Positions 32,275 to 45,044 are shown, counted from the first letter of the stretch. The stretch is 64,000 nt of DNA from a virus (IMGVR_UViG_3300013902_000267), one strand, 5' to 3'. Made by a program: numbers and translations. Notes: a model not told the origin generated them from the sequence alone.

Positions 32275-32562
32275 ATGACGACATTTATATATATTATATT
32301 TTTATGTTTTTATATAGCATTTGGAATAACAATATTTGGAATTTGTTATCGGTATAACTTTTTAAATATGAGAGATGAATATATAAGAGATAAACGTGCT
32401 AATTCAGAAAATGAATCTGTATTTTTAACAATAACATTTTGGCCGTTTTTACTTATTATTATTTTATTTATTTGTATACCTAAAAGGATTATAGAATCAT
32501 TAATTAAAAATATTGATGAAGAATTAAAATAGATAATAAATTACATAAAAATAATAAAGTAA
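32275..32562 (+). CDS. Membrane protein
   Basis: Two TM segments; TAG at 32530 read through to TAA 32562 (end uncertain). Confidence 0.6.
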
Positions 32563-32578
32563 CTAATAGTATTAATTT

Positions 32579-32878
32579 ATGATACAAAATAAAATGATAA
32601 CTTTATCTAAAAGTTATGAATATATAGATTATTATTGCGAGTTTGTTAAATATAAGAATAAAGTATTTAAAATTATTGTAAAATCAACAGGTACAAGAAT
32701 TGCAGCATATATATTTATAATCAATAAATATGGAATATCAGAGATAGCAGAAGGTTCAGATTTTGAAGAAAATATCAGGCATTTTGATATTAAAGAATCT
32801 ACAAGTAGCGATATAAAACATAAATATATATTAAAACAACTCAAATATGCTAAGGATTTTATTACTAAGATATTTTAA
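32579..32878 (+). CDS. Hypothetical protein
   Basis: 99-aa ORF. Confidence 0.65.
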   Translation: MIQNKMITLSKSYEYIDYYCEFVKYKNKVFKIIVKSTGTRIAAYIFIINKYGISEIAEGSDFEENIRHFDIKESTSSDIKHKYILKQLKYAKDFITKIF

Positions 32879-32906
32879 TAAATATTTAAAGACTTAGTAA
32901 TTAACG

Positions 32907-33170
32907 ATGAATCCATTAACATATTTGATTTCATTTTTATAGAATATATTTTATATAATAGAAGGTTACAGTAAATGGCTATTTGATATTGTAACATTCA
33001 AGGAAAATCGATTATCAAAAAAGCGAATGGCAATCTGTAATAAATGTGAACATAATAAACATGGAATATGTGAGTTATGTGGATGTATTCTTAAAGCAAA
33101 AACAAGAGTAGATTTTATATTAGATAATAATGGAATAACGATAGACGGATGTCCAAAAAGGAAATGGTAA
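32907..33170 (+). CDS. 87-aa Cys-rich protein (CxxC..CxxCGC..CP..W), one TAG
   Basis: ICNKCEH..ICELCGCILKAKTR..GCPKRKW; absent from ORF track. Confidence 0.7.
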
Positions 33171-33228
33171 TTAAACTATTTCCTTTTTTCTTTATATAAT
33201 AATATATGTAAAAATAGAATTATTTAAA

Positions 33229-33726
33229 ATGAAAGATATATCAACAGATATTAAGAGAGAAATGAATGAAATACAAGATAGGATAGGTGCATTTCATGAT
33301 ACCGGAGTAACAGATGATGGTATGATGAAAACTAAACCTTCTATAACCATATGTGTTGATTTTGATGGTACAATGGTAAAGCATGAATATCCTAATATTG
33401 GAGAAGAAGCAGAAGGTTGTATCGAAACATTGAAAAGGTGGATAAATGATTATAACGTAGGTATTATTTTGGATACCATGAGATCTGATGAAACTTTAGA
33501 TGAAGCTGTTAAATGGTGTAAAGAAAATGGTATTAAACTTTATGGAATAAGTAAGGATCCAACACAAGAAAAATGGACAAATTCACCGAAGGCATATGCT
33601 CCATTTTCTATTGATGACAGGAATGTCGGATGTCCATTAGTATATGGAAAATCAAAACGACCATATGTGGATTGGAAAAAGATTGTAGAAATTTTTGAAC
33701 CGGTTATTAAAATGTTTGTGGAATGA
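33229..33726 (+). CDS. HAD-superfamily hydrolase (BT0820-like)
   Basis: ICVDFDGTMV, IILDTMRS, SIDDRNVG. Confidence 0.8.
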   Translation: MKDISTDIKREMNEIQDRIGAFHDTGVTDDGMMKTKPSITICVDFDGTMVKHEYPNIGEEAEGCIETLKRWINDYNVGIILDTMRSDETLDEAVKWCKENGIKLYGISKDPTQEKWTNSPKAYAPFSIDDRNVGCPLVYGKSKRPYVDWKKIVEIFEPVIKMFVE

Positions 33727-34121
33727 TAAAGTTTAAAAAAGAAAAGTCAAATAAAAAATATATAGAAGTTATTCCTATTGAATACAATATGTATGAATTT
33801 CTTCATAATATGAACAGTTATAAACATATAAATTTATTTGATGTTATTACGAAATCAACTGATACTGATATAAAGAGATTCATTAAAGAACACCCTATTA
33901 TTGATAACATTATTAATAATAGAAATAATAGAAATAAATTAACTATTAAAAGAACTATATTACCTATAAACAGTGTATGTGAATTTTCCGAGATAGAAAA
34001 ATTCACATGTGTTGGCGATAAACCTATATATTTCTTTAAGGCTACATTTTTACAACAAGAATATGATGCTATATATTTAACTGATGAAAATCTTTTTGAA
34101 TTGTTTAATTTACAAGAATAA
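33723..34121 (+). CDS. Hypothetical protein
   Basis: 132-aa ORF, starts MIKFKK. Confidence 0.7.
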   Translation: MIKFKKEKSNKKYIEVIPIEYNMYEFLHNMNSYKHINLFDVITKSTDTDIKRFIKEHPIIDNIINNRNNRNKLTIKRTILPINSVCEFSEIEKFTCVGDKPIYFFKATFLQQEYDAIYLTDENLFELFNLQE

Positions 34122-34124
34122 ATT

Positions 34125-34475
34125 ATGATTAAGTTTAAAGATAATAATGATAATTTCTTGAGAGTTACTATAATATCACCTGTCACTTATGAATTAATAT
34201 CTTTATTAGATAAAGAAAATGTTGATATAAGTGCAGTGTATAATTACAAGGATTTAAATAGAATTATTAAAGAACATGATTGTATCATGGATGAACTTAG
34301 GTATTATATGTGTAATAGGATGAATCAATTAATAAATTATAAAAATATAGTTAAAGTTCAGAATATTACAAAAATTAATTGTCTAGGAATTGATGATACC
34401 TATTTTCTATATATAGACGGATGTTATTATCTTACGAATGATATAAATTTTATACAAAAATATATAAAGAGATAA
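34125..34475 (+). CDS. Hypothetical protein, possibly paralogous to the upstream gene
   Basis: 116-aa ORF, starts MIKFKD; similar layout ending YLT(D/N). Confidence 0.7.
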   Translation: MIKFKDNNDNFLRVTIISPVTYELISLLDKENVDISAVYNYKDLNRIIKEHDCIMDELRYYMCNRMNQLINYKNIVKVQNITKINCLGIDDTYFLYIDGCYYLTNDINFIQKYIKR

Positions 34476-34479
34476 GTGT

Positions 34480-35325
34480 ATGTAGTACGAAAATACTATT
34501 GTAATTAATTTGGTTGCTGGACCATGTGCAGGAAAATCAACTATAGCAAGTGGTATATTCTATAAGTTAAAGATGAAAGGAATTGATTGTGAACAAACTT
34601 TGGAATATGCAAAGGATCGAGTATGGGAAGGAAGTTACTCTACAATGGATGATTAGATCTATATGTTTGGAAAACAATATCATAGAGTATGGAGATTGAA
34701 TCATAAAGTTTAGGTAATTATTTCAGATAGTCCATTGATATTATCTATTCATTATGCGAAATTTGAGAGTAACTATTTTGAGAACTTTGTTATTGAGCAA
34801 TTTAATAAGTTTAATAACATTACTTATTTTATTGAACGAGATACAGAATATAATGAGAATGGTAGGGTTCATTCATTAGATGCCGCAATGAAAGCAGATT
34901 AGGAATTAAAGGATATTCTTAATAAACATGATATTAAATATTCAACGGTAAAGACAACAGAGGCAACCGATATTATTACAGATTAGATTTTATAGAAATT
35001 AGAAGATATGAAGAAAATTAAAAAAGATACCGTTGTTACTCTTTATGAATCTAAATGTTATAATGGAGATGAAAGAGACGAAAACGGAGAATCTAAACTT
35101 CATATGATAAAATATACAGCTAATAATATGTATAATTATTTAACTCAACAATTGACATTATTTGCCGGTAGTGATGTAGATAAGAAATTAATTTGTGAGT
35201 TATGTAAGAAAAATGAAAAAGATGAAAATAAGAAATTTATTTGTTATTATACAATAAATAAAGAACATTATACATGTATTCAAAAAGTTGATTATTTAGG
35301 AACTGTGACATATATATTGGATTAA
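34480..35325 (+). CDS. NadR/AAA_28-like P-loop kinase (TAG readthrough), in frame with the 35008..35325 domain
   Basis: INLVAGPCAGKST Walker A, EYAKDRVW, SDSPL; second codon is TAG; no TAA/TGA before 35325. Confidence 0.7.
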
Positions 35326-35413
35326 GATAAAGGGATATAGATTAAATTATATGAATCTATATCCCTTTATTATTTAAAATAAATAATGAAATATTGTATG
35401 AATATTTTAATTT

Positions 35414-37687
35414 ATGGAAGATAACAATGTGAATAATATAATTTAGAATGATGAAAGTGAAGTTTCAATATAGTCTACTATAAGTTCAGCAGAAGGAAAC
35501 TTGAATTTTTCACAAAATAGAGATGAAACTACGGGTTCTGGAGGAGGCGGAGGTTCATCTTTAAGTGGTAGTTCTACATCGGGAAATACTTCATCAAATT
35601 CAAGTGGTAGTGAATCATCTCAATTAGCGAGTGATAATTTAACACCTATATTATTGATATTAGGTGATAGTCCAGATCCTGAACCAGATGTTGAGGAAGA
35701 ACCTGTATTGTTGGAAGAAGATAATTTATAGCAATATACTATTGCACAAAATGGTTAGGAACCATATCACGTAATAATAGGTAATTCTGGGTGTACTAAT
35801 AAAGTTGATGAAGAGCATATTATAGTTATACAAGAAGGTGATAATATTATAAATAATAACAATAATATTATTGCAATAACTGCTAAAATAGATTAGAGTT
35901 GGTGTCATGTTGTTTTTGAACATCCTTTAAATTCACCATTATAGTTGGGAACTCCATATAAATTAAATTCTGATAATTTTAGTAGTGAAGATAATGAAAG
36001 AACTATTGTTCCTATGATAACATGTGAGCAAAATTCAGGTCCTCAAAGAACAGCAAATATTATATTTTGCATTGATGGTATAGAATCAGATTTAAAAATA
36101 GGAATTACTCAAAATGCAGGTAATTATAGCGAAGAACCAGTTATTATTAAATATAAATCTGTTGAAAATGGTGTTATAAAGTATGATATATTAGATAGTA
36201 ACAAAACATATTATATTCATAAAAATAGTAACTATATATTTAGTGACAGAACAAATATGAGTGAGAACCCTTTATTATTTGGATTAAGAGATAGTAATAA
36301 TAATATAAATGGTAATTTAAAAAATTCAGATAGTTCTTATACATTTGAATCAGAACCAGAAGGGTATAATATGGTAATAACAGATAATAATACTGCTACA
36401 ACAACAAATACAGCATATCTCATGATTATAACACAGCCGCAAACGGTTGATATAAATCAAGTAATAACATTTAAATATAATAATATTGATTTTATAAAGG
36501 TTAAATATTCAGAATCATAGAAAGATTATAAAACATCTATAAAAATATGTAAATTAGAGAATTTATAGAATTATAAAGAAACATCAGGATATAATATATA
36601 TTTATTTAATTCTGATATAGGAACGACTGCAAATATAAAAACATCATTTACTGTATGTAGTACTGTAAAATTACATAGTTACGGCAGTAATGATGATATT
36701 AGTAATGGACGAATTGTTGCATGTATACGTCTAGATAAAAATACAGATAAAATTCCAGAAAATAATATAAGTGATTTAAATGATGATAATGATGATATAT
36801 GGCATTAGTTAAAACCTGTTGGTACCACATTAACATCAACATTATTTAAAGAAACATATAAAGATATATATTTATAGGATTGGACAAATTTGAAAGTTTA
36901 TAATTATTCTGCTGAAACAATAACTAACGTTGAAGAAAATTAGAATATATATGTATATATTGTAAAGGATTCTAAATATAATAAAGTTGGCGTTATTAAT
37001 TTTGGCGGAACAATGGGACAAAATGGATATTTGGGTTTATTTAATTATTATTATACGTCTTTATAGGCTTGCACATATAATACATATTGGATTTGCTGGT
37101 GTCATTGGTATGGAGATACAAATGACAGTTATTATGATAATTCTGGTGATACAATAACAGAAACAGAAACAATAAATGCAACATTTAAAAATAAACAATT
37201 TGGAACATTTGATTTATACTTTGTTGCAATGAATGAACGAGGTGATGATAATGATATACATGATATTGATATTGCGAATAAAATAATAAATTCTGGAAAA
37301 AATTATAAAAAGTATAATATTCCTTCAGGTACTTATAATTTTAATATGAATAAAATAATGGGTCTTGTATTTCATCCAGAAAATTCGTCTATAAATGAAA
37401 TTAAAACATTTAGAGAAATATATGATACATTATAGTTTAAAAATAATAATCATTATTATGATATAATAAGTGTATATAAAGATTATTATGTTATAGATTT
37501 GAATAATGTTTGTAATGATATAAATGGAAATATCATTAATTTAAATGAATTTTATACAGATATGATGTATTAGATATATATTTTTACAAAAGTAAATGGT
37601 TCATTAATATATATAGGTATACTTTCTTATGGACATGTTAATACTAAACAAAATTGGGGAAATATTGCATGTTATAGCGAGGGTTAA
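35414..37687 (+). CDS. 757-aa tail/receptor-binding-like protein with Ser/Gly linker and BACON-like module (TAG-rich)
   Basis: Joins 35501, 35945 and 37229 ORFs in one frame; QNSGPQRTANIIF..ITQ; ATAAATA at 35379. Confidence 0.7.
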
Positions 37688-37750
37688 TTACGTAAAATAA
37701 TACATAGAATTTCATAAGTCAATATAGATACAGAAAGTTTTGAATAATCT

Positions 37751-38794
37751 ATGTTGAATAATATTATATATGGTTCTAATTCTAGTTTACCTGATTTAAA
37801 TGGACCTTAGTAGTCATCATGGATTGGTCCAGGTGATATTGATTGCGAATTACCAGGTCCAAGTATAAATCCAAGTTTAAATACGTCTATTGGTGAATTA
37901 GTAGATAGTAGTTTTATTATAAAAGATCCAAGTAGTTCCAGTAGTTCTAGAAGTTATATAAAATGGCAAGATTGTCCGTATACAATAACATTAGCAGCAA
38001 CAACAGGAACTGCCATATCTAATAGATGTTTAAATAAAACAGCTAGTATATTAAAATCAAATTATGTATATTTAGGATATACAGATACAGATGGAAATTT
38101 TAAAAATAAATTAAAAACCGGTTTATCATTAAATACAATAAATGATGATACAAGTATTGCTTTAACATGCGATACTCTTGGATGTACGGGATATATAAAA
38201 GGACAAACTGATGATAATACGGGTGCTTTAATATATTATAGTTTAAATACATTTAGTAATAGTAGAACTGTTACATTTAGTTTAAATAAATTACCATTAT
38301 TTAAAATATCATAGACATATAAAGCTCCAGTTCCATATCTATATTTAAATATAACAACTAGTTATAATGAAAATAATGCTTATGCATTATTTAATGACTC
38401 TGTTGCTGATATACTATAGTTTACGACAACAGGTCTAAATGTCTATTTACAAATTGATTCATAGAACTTAAGTGGAAGTACACGTTCATATATATTAGGT
38501 TTTTATACTGGTAGATTTGCATTTAATACAGAACTTACTGTTAGTCAAATTAGTAGTAACCTAGAACATGTAAGTGGTATAAATGTTGGAGGCTTTGGAA
38601 ATTATTATATTTTAAGCATGCCTCATACTGTAAATGTTTATAATGGAGATAGTAGAAGCACTACTACTATAAGTGTTGGAGATGATATTTATTTTTATAA
38701 AGTTTTAGGATCAACTTATATATATGCTTTTAAGGTTAATTTTAGTGATACTACATTAACCGGTAAATATAAAATTAAACAGGTAACATCTTAA
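37751..38794 (+). CDS. 347-aa tail/receptor-binding-like protein (TAG-rich, absent from ORF track)
   Basis: ATG 37751 to TAA 38794 with TAGs including TAG-TAG; NTFSNSRTVTFSLNKLPLFKISQ module. Confidence 0.65.
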
Positions 38795-38891
38795 CATAAA
38801 AGGAGAATTATTCTTAATTCTCCTTTATTTTATTATAACTTTTTCAACCTTTTATAATATAATATATAAATCTATAATTTTATAGTTATTA

Positions 38892-40811
38892 ATGGAATAT
38901 ACGATAGAATCAATAAAACAAAATATAGTATGTTGGGTTGAAGATCATTTAGGATTAGATTTTACATTTAGAAAATATTAGTTGGAATCTATAATGTTTA
39001 TTATTAAATCTATTCTTAATGATGATAGGGAAACTTCAATTATCGAGGCTCCAACTGGTTCAGGTAAGTCACTTATCTGTATTATATCTGCAGGTGTACT
39101 TTCAACATATTATAAGAAATCATCATATATACTTTGTTCAGATCTTTTCCTTTGGCAACAATACGCGGATTTTATAGATAAGAAATCATTAAGAGAATTC
39201 GGATATATAAAAGGCGCAATAGGAAATTATACATGCTTTGTTAATAAACAAGATTTAAGTTGTGGAAGGTGCAAGTTAGCGAAAGTTTCATATGGTCAAT
39301 TAAAGGATAAGAATTGGAGAGAACGAAATATGTTTACATGCGTTGAGAGATGTAAATATATGCAAGATAGATTCAGAGCTGAACGTTCAAACGTTACACT
39401 TATGACATATCAACTTTGGCTTCATCATATGAATCTAGTTAATTCAAAAGCAGCTGGTTCACATCCATTTCCGAAGAGAGATGTAATATTTTGTGATGAG
39501 TGTCATAATATTCCTGATTTGGTTCAACAATTCTGTGCGCCAACATTAAGGGATCAATCTCATGTAAATAAAATAATGGATATTCTTAATTACGCAGAGG
39601 AAAACAATATTGAGATTAAAACTATATTAAAACATATAGATCCAGAATTATATAAATATGATTATTATTTAAAGATATATGAGAAGAATAAGGATAATAG
39701 ATATACAAACATGTTTGATAACTCTATTATTAAAGATAGGTTGGATATTATATTTACAGGTCTTAATTTTTATCATGATAATGCTAAACAGATTTTAGAC
39801 TTATTAAAAATGTTCCGAGATATTCTCTCTATTGTTTCTGTTGTGAATGAATCAATGGAAGATGAAATTCAACATGAATCATTATTCAATACAAGGAATA
39901 TGGATAAAGGATTAGAAACATTATCTAAGAGGTTAACATGGTTTCAAACATTCGGAAATTCTTTTGAGGACTTTATGGAAGCTATAAAGAAATCAGGAAT
40001 TGAATATATGTTAATGGAAGTTAATATCAATCCAGAAACAAGAGAACGAATATTTCAGTTTAATTGTGCTAAAGAGGATTATCTTTGTAGTGAGTATCTT
40101 TTATCACATGCTAATAATAAAGTTTTACTATCAGCGACTGTTGGATCGCATCATGCTTTCGATGAGAATATAGGGATAAAGTATACAAAACAACATGAGT
40201 CTTTTTTCTCAAAGATTCCGTCTACATTTGATTTTACACATTCACCTATATATTACATACCAAAATATAAAATGAATTATGCCAATAAACAACATGATTT
40301 TCCGTTTATTCAACAGATGTCATGTAAGATTATAAATGCACATATTAATAACAGAGGTATAATTCATACAGGGTCATATGAGAATGCAAGATTCTTTTAT
40401 AATGCATGTCCACGAGAAATTCAAAAAAGATTATTCTTATATGGAACACCAAAGCAAAAGGAAGAGATAATGCCTGATTTTAAGAAATCATTGAATGGCA
40501 TATTAGTTGGTCCAACATTAACGGAAGGTATAGATTTACCGAATGATTATTGTAGATTCATTATATTGATGAAAGTTCCATATCCTAATATAACAAGTAA
40601 GATAGTAAAGAAGAAATTAGAATTATTCCCTTTATGGTATAACAGTACGACAAGTAATGTGATAATTCAGGCTATTGGTAGAGGCGTAAGAAATGAACAT
40701 GATTATTGTACAACATATATATTGGATGGGTGTTTCGGTAATCTTTATCAACAAACAAAAGATCAATATTCACCTGAATTACAAAACAGAATAAAAGTCA
40801 TATATAGTTAA
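38892..40811 (+). CDS. DinG/XPD-family helicase
   Basis: Q-motif FRKY(TAG=Q), EAPTGSGKS, CDECHN, LSAT, 4-Cys cluster, QAIGRGVR. Confidence 0.9.
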
Positions 40812-40812
40812 T

Positions 40813-41154
40813 ATGTATAACCAAGATATATATTTAAAAAGTTCAGGAATATTGTTCGCTAAAGAATTTGAGAGAGTTGTTCATGGAGGTAGAGGAGATT
40901 ATGTCGAATTTACACGTGAACAAATTATTCCAAAACTTTATTATAAATTCGATGAAGAACATAATGAATTTGATATAAATAACTTTGAAAAATATAACGG
41001 ATATTATTATCATTGGTTATATCCGTTATATGATACTGAAACAAAAATATATTTTCAATTGAAAACAGTTAAATACGCAGATTATAAATTATATCATTTT
41101 TATGTAAGTCCTGAACTTTTAATAAATTTCAAAGATCCAGAAAGTTTATTTTGA
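40813..41154 (+). CDS. Hypothetical protein
   Basis: 113-aa ORF. Confidence 0.7.
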   Translation: MYNQDIYLKSSGILFAKEFERVVHGGRGDYVEFTREQIIPKLYYKFDEEHNEFDINNFEKYNGYYYHWLYPLYDTETKIYFQLKTVKYADYKLYHFYVSPELLINFKDPESLF

Positions 41155-41159
41155 ATAAT

Positions 41160-42104
41160 ATGAAAGATAAGAAAATATTAATATTAACGATGTGTTGTAA
41201 TCAAGATTTATTCTAGCAATAGGAATATAGATTACGAACATAGTTATATGCTAAAGATATATTAGATAATAAATACGATAATGTAGATTATTGGACATAT
41301 ACTGCATCAACCGATGGTAAATATCATGTAAATAAAAAATTACATAAAATAGAAGTTCCATGTGATGACACTTTATATGGTACATATGATAAGACATATA
41401 AGGTATTTAAATTATTAAATCAATTTAATATAGAATATGATTATATATTAAGAACAAATTGTTCAACATATATTAATATTCCATTATTAAAGTTATTTGT
41501 AAATAATTTAAATAATTATAGATTAATATATTCAAATTCTATATATTGTAGTAAAGACGGATGTGGGCCATACCAATGGAGTTTGTATGGATTAGGGAAT
41601 TCATTGTTGTTATCTAAATTTTGGGTTTCTATTATTATAAAAAATAATGTTAATAATCTAACGAAATTCAATTATAATAAATTATCAACAGATTCCGTTT
41701 ATACTGTTGATGATAATGCTATAGGATTTACAGTGAACTGTTTTTGCTTGCAGAATAATTGGGATATATGTGATATATGGAAATCATGGAAAGCACCATT
41801 ACAAAACAAAATACCGGTTCAACCATATAATTATATATGTATTCCTTTTAGAGAATATAAAACAAGAGAGAATGAAATAAAAAATTCATTATTTATACAT
41901 GATGAAATAACTAAATATAAAGATGGTTATACAAATGAATATGTAAATAGTTTATCAGATAACATGTGGTTTCATATATTGGATTTTGAACAAGGCATGC
42001 ATTCTATAGTTGATAGAAAATTAGGTGAACAATTTATGGATTTTGTATATGTTCCGAGATATATAGAGAGAATAAAAGAACAAGAAAATAAAGCATAGAA
42101 ATAA
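41160..42104 (+). CDS. 314-aa glycosyltransferase-like protein (TAG readthrough)
   Basis: YDYILRTNCSTYIN, VDDNAIG; readthrough of TAG 42096 gives a TAATG overlap with the next gene. Confidence 0.55.
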
Positions 42105-42313
42105 TGGTAGATATAGATTACGTTAAGGGTAATGTACGAGATGGTTGGATGTTGAATCCAAATGAAAAAGTCGTTAAGGGAATTATTAAGGGAATTAACC
42201 GTTGTAACGGTGATTGTCCATGTAATAATGATTCTGATGAAAAACATTGTCCATGTTCAAATTATAGAACAAAGGATAAGTGTTGTTGCAAGTTATATGT
42301 TAAGAAAGATTAA
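42104..42313 (+). CDS. Ferredoxin-thioredoxin-reductase catalytic-subunit-like protein
   Basis: WMLNPN, CPC..CPC..CCCKLYV. Confidence 0.7.
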   Translation: MVDIDYVKGNVRDGWMLNPNEKVVKGIIKGINRCNGDCPCNNDSDEKHCPCSNYRTKDKCCCKLYVKKD

Positions 42314-42332
42314 TTTTAATTAAATAAGAAAT

Positions 42333-43055
42333 ATGGCAAAACATACAATAGATATAATTAATTCAGATAATTCAACATTGAAGATGTTTTCTATAGAAGA
42401 TGATATATCAGAACAAGTTACATTTTCAACTGATGGATTATATCCATGTATTGAATTATCAAAAGATATATTGAATAAGTATAAGGAACAAAATAAACTT
42501 TATTATATTCATACATACGGTGATATTTATAATCTTATTGATGATGTAAATATGACAGTTATTGTATATAATAAAGAAGATGAACAATATCATGTGGGTA
42601 TTGTTAACATGATTAACAAAAAGCATATAGAATCAAGCGACTATATTAAATTTATTGATTTAACAAAACGAATTAAAAGTGATGTTGAATACTGGATTCC
42701 AAAATATTGTTGCTATAATTATGAGAAGTTCCATACATATCAGACAAGTTTGTTATATTTGTTTGATACAATGAAAGAATCTCAAGTTGATATGTTAAAT
42801 GATATTATTCAGAGATATAAATTTAAGATGTCTAAAGAAAAAGCAATAGTTATAACTTTAAATAATAAAGAGTTATACCAACAGAAATTTGATAAGATAT
42901 TTAATGAACGAGTAACTGAATTGAAAGAAGAAATTACGGATCAACTTCAAGATGAATTATCTAAAGCAGAATCTAATATCAAAAGTTTGACCAATAAGAT
43001 TACTTATGTTCAAGAAGATTTAAATAAAGTTGAAAATGGAACTGATAACGTATGA
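42333..43055 (+). CDS. Hypothetical coiled-coil protein
   Basis: 240-aa ORF. Confidence 0.7.
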   Translation: MAKHTIDIINSDNSTLKMFSIEDDISEQVTFSTDGLYPCIELSKDILNKYKEQNKLYYIHTYGDIYNLIDDVNMTVIVYNKEDEQYHVGIVNMINKKHIESSDYIKFIDLTKRIKSDVEYWIPKYCCYNYEKFHTYQTSLLYLFDTMKESQVDMLNDIIQRYKFKMSKEKAIVITLNNKELYQQKFDKIFNERVTELKEEITDQLQDELSKAESNIKSLTNKITYVQEDLNKVENGTDNV

Positions 43056-43566
43056 TGATTTCAAAAATAATGAATTCAATACCGTATATGGCGTAATATA
43101 TACATCAGAATTAAAAGATGGTATATTACCAGTAGCTGATGATATAGCTGTAGGTAATATGAAAATATCTGATTTATTGAAACCAGTAAAACCGACAGAA
43201 TTCACTATTATAAAGAAAAGTGAAATACTTTTATCTAATAATTTACTTATAAAATATATAATAGATCCTCCATATCATGATTGGATGAATAAAGATATTC
43301 CATATGAATTTTATCGTGAATGTAGACATTCACCAGATGTTTTTGGAATTATATATAATGTTACGACAAAGGAATTAAAGTCTCCTACTGAATTTGGTAG
43401 AAATAGAGATATTCATTTATTTACTACAAAGGAAGAATGTAATAATTTTATTGATTCATGTAATAAAATTATATTGGATAGAATAATAAAATATTATAAT
43501 GAAAAGATTTCACAGTATACTTCTACTGTAAATGAAATTAAAGCAAAATTTGATAGTATTTTATAA
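43030..43566 (+). CDS. Hypothetical protein
   Basis: 178-aa ORF. Confidence 0.7.
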   Translation: MKMELITYDDFKNNEFNTVYGVIYTSELKDGILPVADDIAVGNMKISDLLKPVKPTEFTIIKKSEILLSNNLLIKYIIDPPYHDWMNKDIPYEFYRECRHSPDVFGIIYNVTTKELKSPTEFGRNRDIHLFTTKEECNNFIDSCNKIILDRIIKYYNEKISQYTSTVNEIKAKFDSIL

Positions 43567-43701
43567 GAATTTTATTGGGTTTTACTTAATTTTTCTCAAT
43601 ATTTTTGAAGTTTTATTAAAGTTATAAGAATTTTAATAAAACTTCATTTTTATTTTATATGTGTTTATACTAGATAAATAATAAAAATGATTTTTTAATA
43701 A

Positions 43702-43977
43702 ATGGAACCAAAGAAACATACTTCACGTGATGGTGGTTTAGACGTAGTAGATGTTAACGATACACCAGAGGACGTATATATGGATTCATTCTTAGAAGAT
43801 GGCGATGACGGTTTTGTAGAGAATTTGGAACCAGATAAGATGCCAGCAGAAGACTTAAGAATTGAAGCATTGAAGAGAGCTATAGATATTGCAAAACTTA
43901 TGAGTAATGTTACTACACAGGATGTTATTAACATTGCGGCTAAAATTGCTGATTATATCAGTAACACACAAATTTAA
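43702..43977 (+). CDS. Acidic LMSNVTT-family protein A
   Basis: EDLRIEALKRAIDIAKLMSNVTT; ATAAATA at 43674. Confidence 0.75.
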   Translation: MEPKKHTSRDGGLDVVDVNDTPEDVYMDSFLEDGDDGFVENLEPDKMPAEDLRIEALKRAIDIAKLMSNVTTQDVINIAAKIADYISNTQI

Positions 43978-44001
43978 AATATACATATTTAATATATAAC
44001 A

Positions 44002-44397
44002 ATGAATACAACAACATTAAAAGAAAGATTAGGTCTTGATGAAGACGCTGTTTTCGAAGATGGAGCGGCAACTGCAACAGATGATGGTATGACTGATGAG
44101 GAACTTAAGATCGAATCTTTGAAGATCGCTACAAATATCGGTAAACTTATGAGTAATGTAACAACAGAAGATATTGTTAGTATCGCCGAGACAGTTGCCA
44201 AGTTTATCAAAGGTGGCGAAGGCGCATCTCTTGAAACATCAAATGATAATTCTTCTGATGAAAGTTCAGATGATACTGAGGAAGAAGCAGAAGATTTCGA
44301 TACAAATGATGAAGATACATCTGATAACGGTGGAGAAGAAACAGATGAGACTATTTCTCCGGTTGCTGGTGAAGATGAAGAAGATTTTGAAGTTTAA
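44002..44397 (+). CDS. Acidic LMSNVTT-family protein B
   Basis: EELKIESLKIATNIGKLMSNVTT plus acidic tail. Confidence 0.75.
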   Translation: MNTTTLKERLGLDEDAVFEDGAATATDDGMTDEELKIESLKIATNIGKLMSNVTTEDIVSIAETVAKFIKGGEGASLETSNDNSSDESSDDTEEEAEDFDTNDEDTSDNGGEETDETISPVAGEDEEDFEV

Positions 44398-44519
44398 TCA
44401 TAAAGGAATAACATTATTTAACGATTTTGTTATTCCTTATTTTTATAATTTAAGTAAACTATTTCATGTATTCTGTATATAATCTTTAAATTGTTTAATA
44501 AAAATAAAGAAATAAGTTT

Positions 44520-45044
44520 ATGACAGAAGTAAATGTGAATGGATCTATTGATCTTAATTTGAACCGTGGTAAGAGAGTGAATAATGATAAACGTCCACGT
44601 ATTAAGCGAGAGGAACGTAAGCCACGTGTTAAGACAGATGAAGAGTATATTGCGCAGCTTGAAGCAGCGATGCAGAAAGCGGGCGGACGTTATGTAAAGT
44701 TTGATGATATTGATCATACAGAGGGATTGATGGTTGCTGGTGTGCAATGTAAAAACGGTAATTATATGTTCGCCGTTATGAATCGTGATCGTAAGGTACA
44801 GCTTGTTGGTAATAATGAGCATTTCTCAGTTATTCGTGATGTTCCAGCAAGTCTTTATGTATTGGATTATGTATATCATCGTGACCCTGAGATTTTGCTG
44901 AATATTGCTGATGCAACATTTTATCAGGATGAGATTAAGTTGATCACTAAGATGTATATCAAGGTTGCAAAGAAAGTTAATAAGGATAATAAGAAAAACA
45001 CAAAGAAATCAAAGAAGAACACTAAGAAAAACACAAAGAAGTGA
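44520..45044 (+). CDS. Hypothetical protein with Lys-rich tail, possibly nucleic-acid binding
   Basis: KKNTKK repeats; TAAACT-N17-TATAAT at 44455-44483. Confidence 0.7.
   Translation: MTEVNVNGSIDLNLNRGKRVNNDKRPRIKREERKPRVKTDEEYIAQLEAAMQKAGGRYVKFDDIDHTEGLMVAGVQCKNGNYMFAVMNRDRKVQLVGNNEHFSVIRDVPASLYVLDYVYHRDPEILLNIADATFYQDEIKLITKMYIKVAKKVNKDNKKNTKKSKKNTKKNTKK

Noticed and set aside
35414-38794. Diversity-generating retroelement acting on the tail-like genes
   Set aside because: No reverse transcriptase and no near-identical TR/VR pair differing at adenines seen in this window
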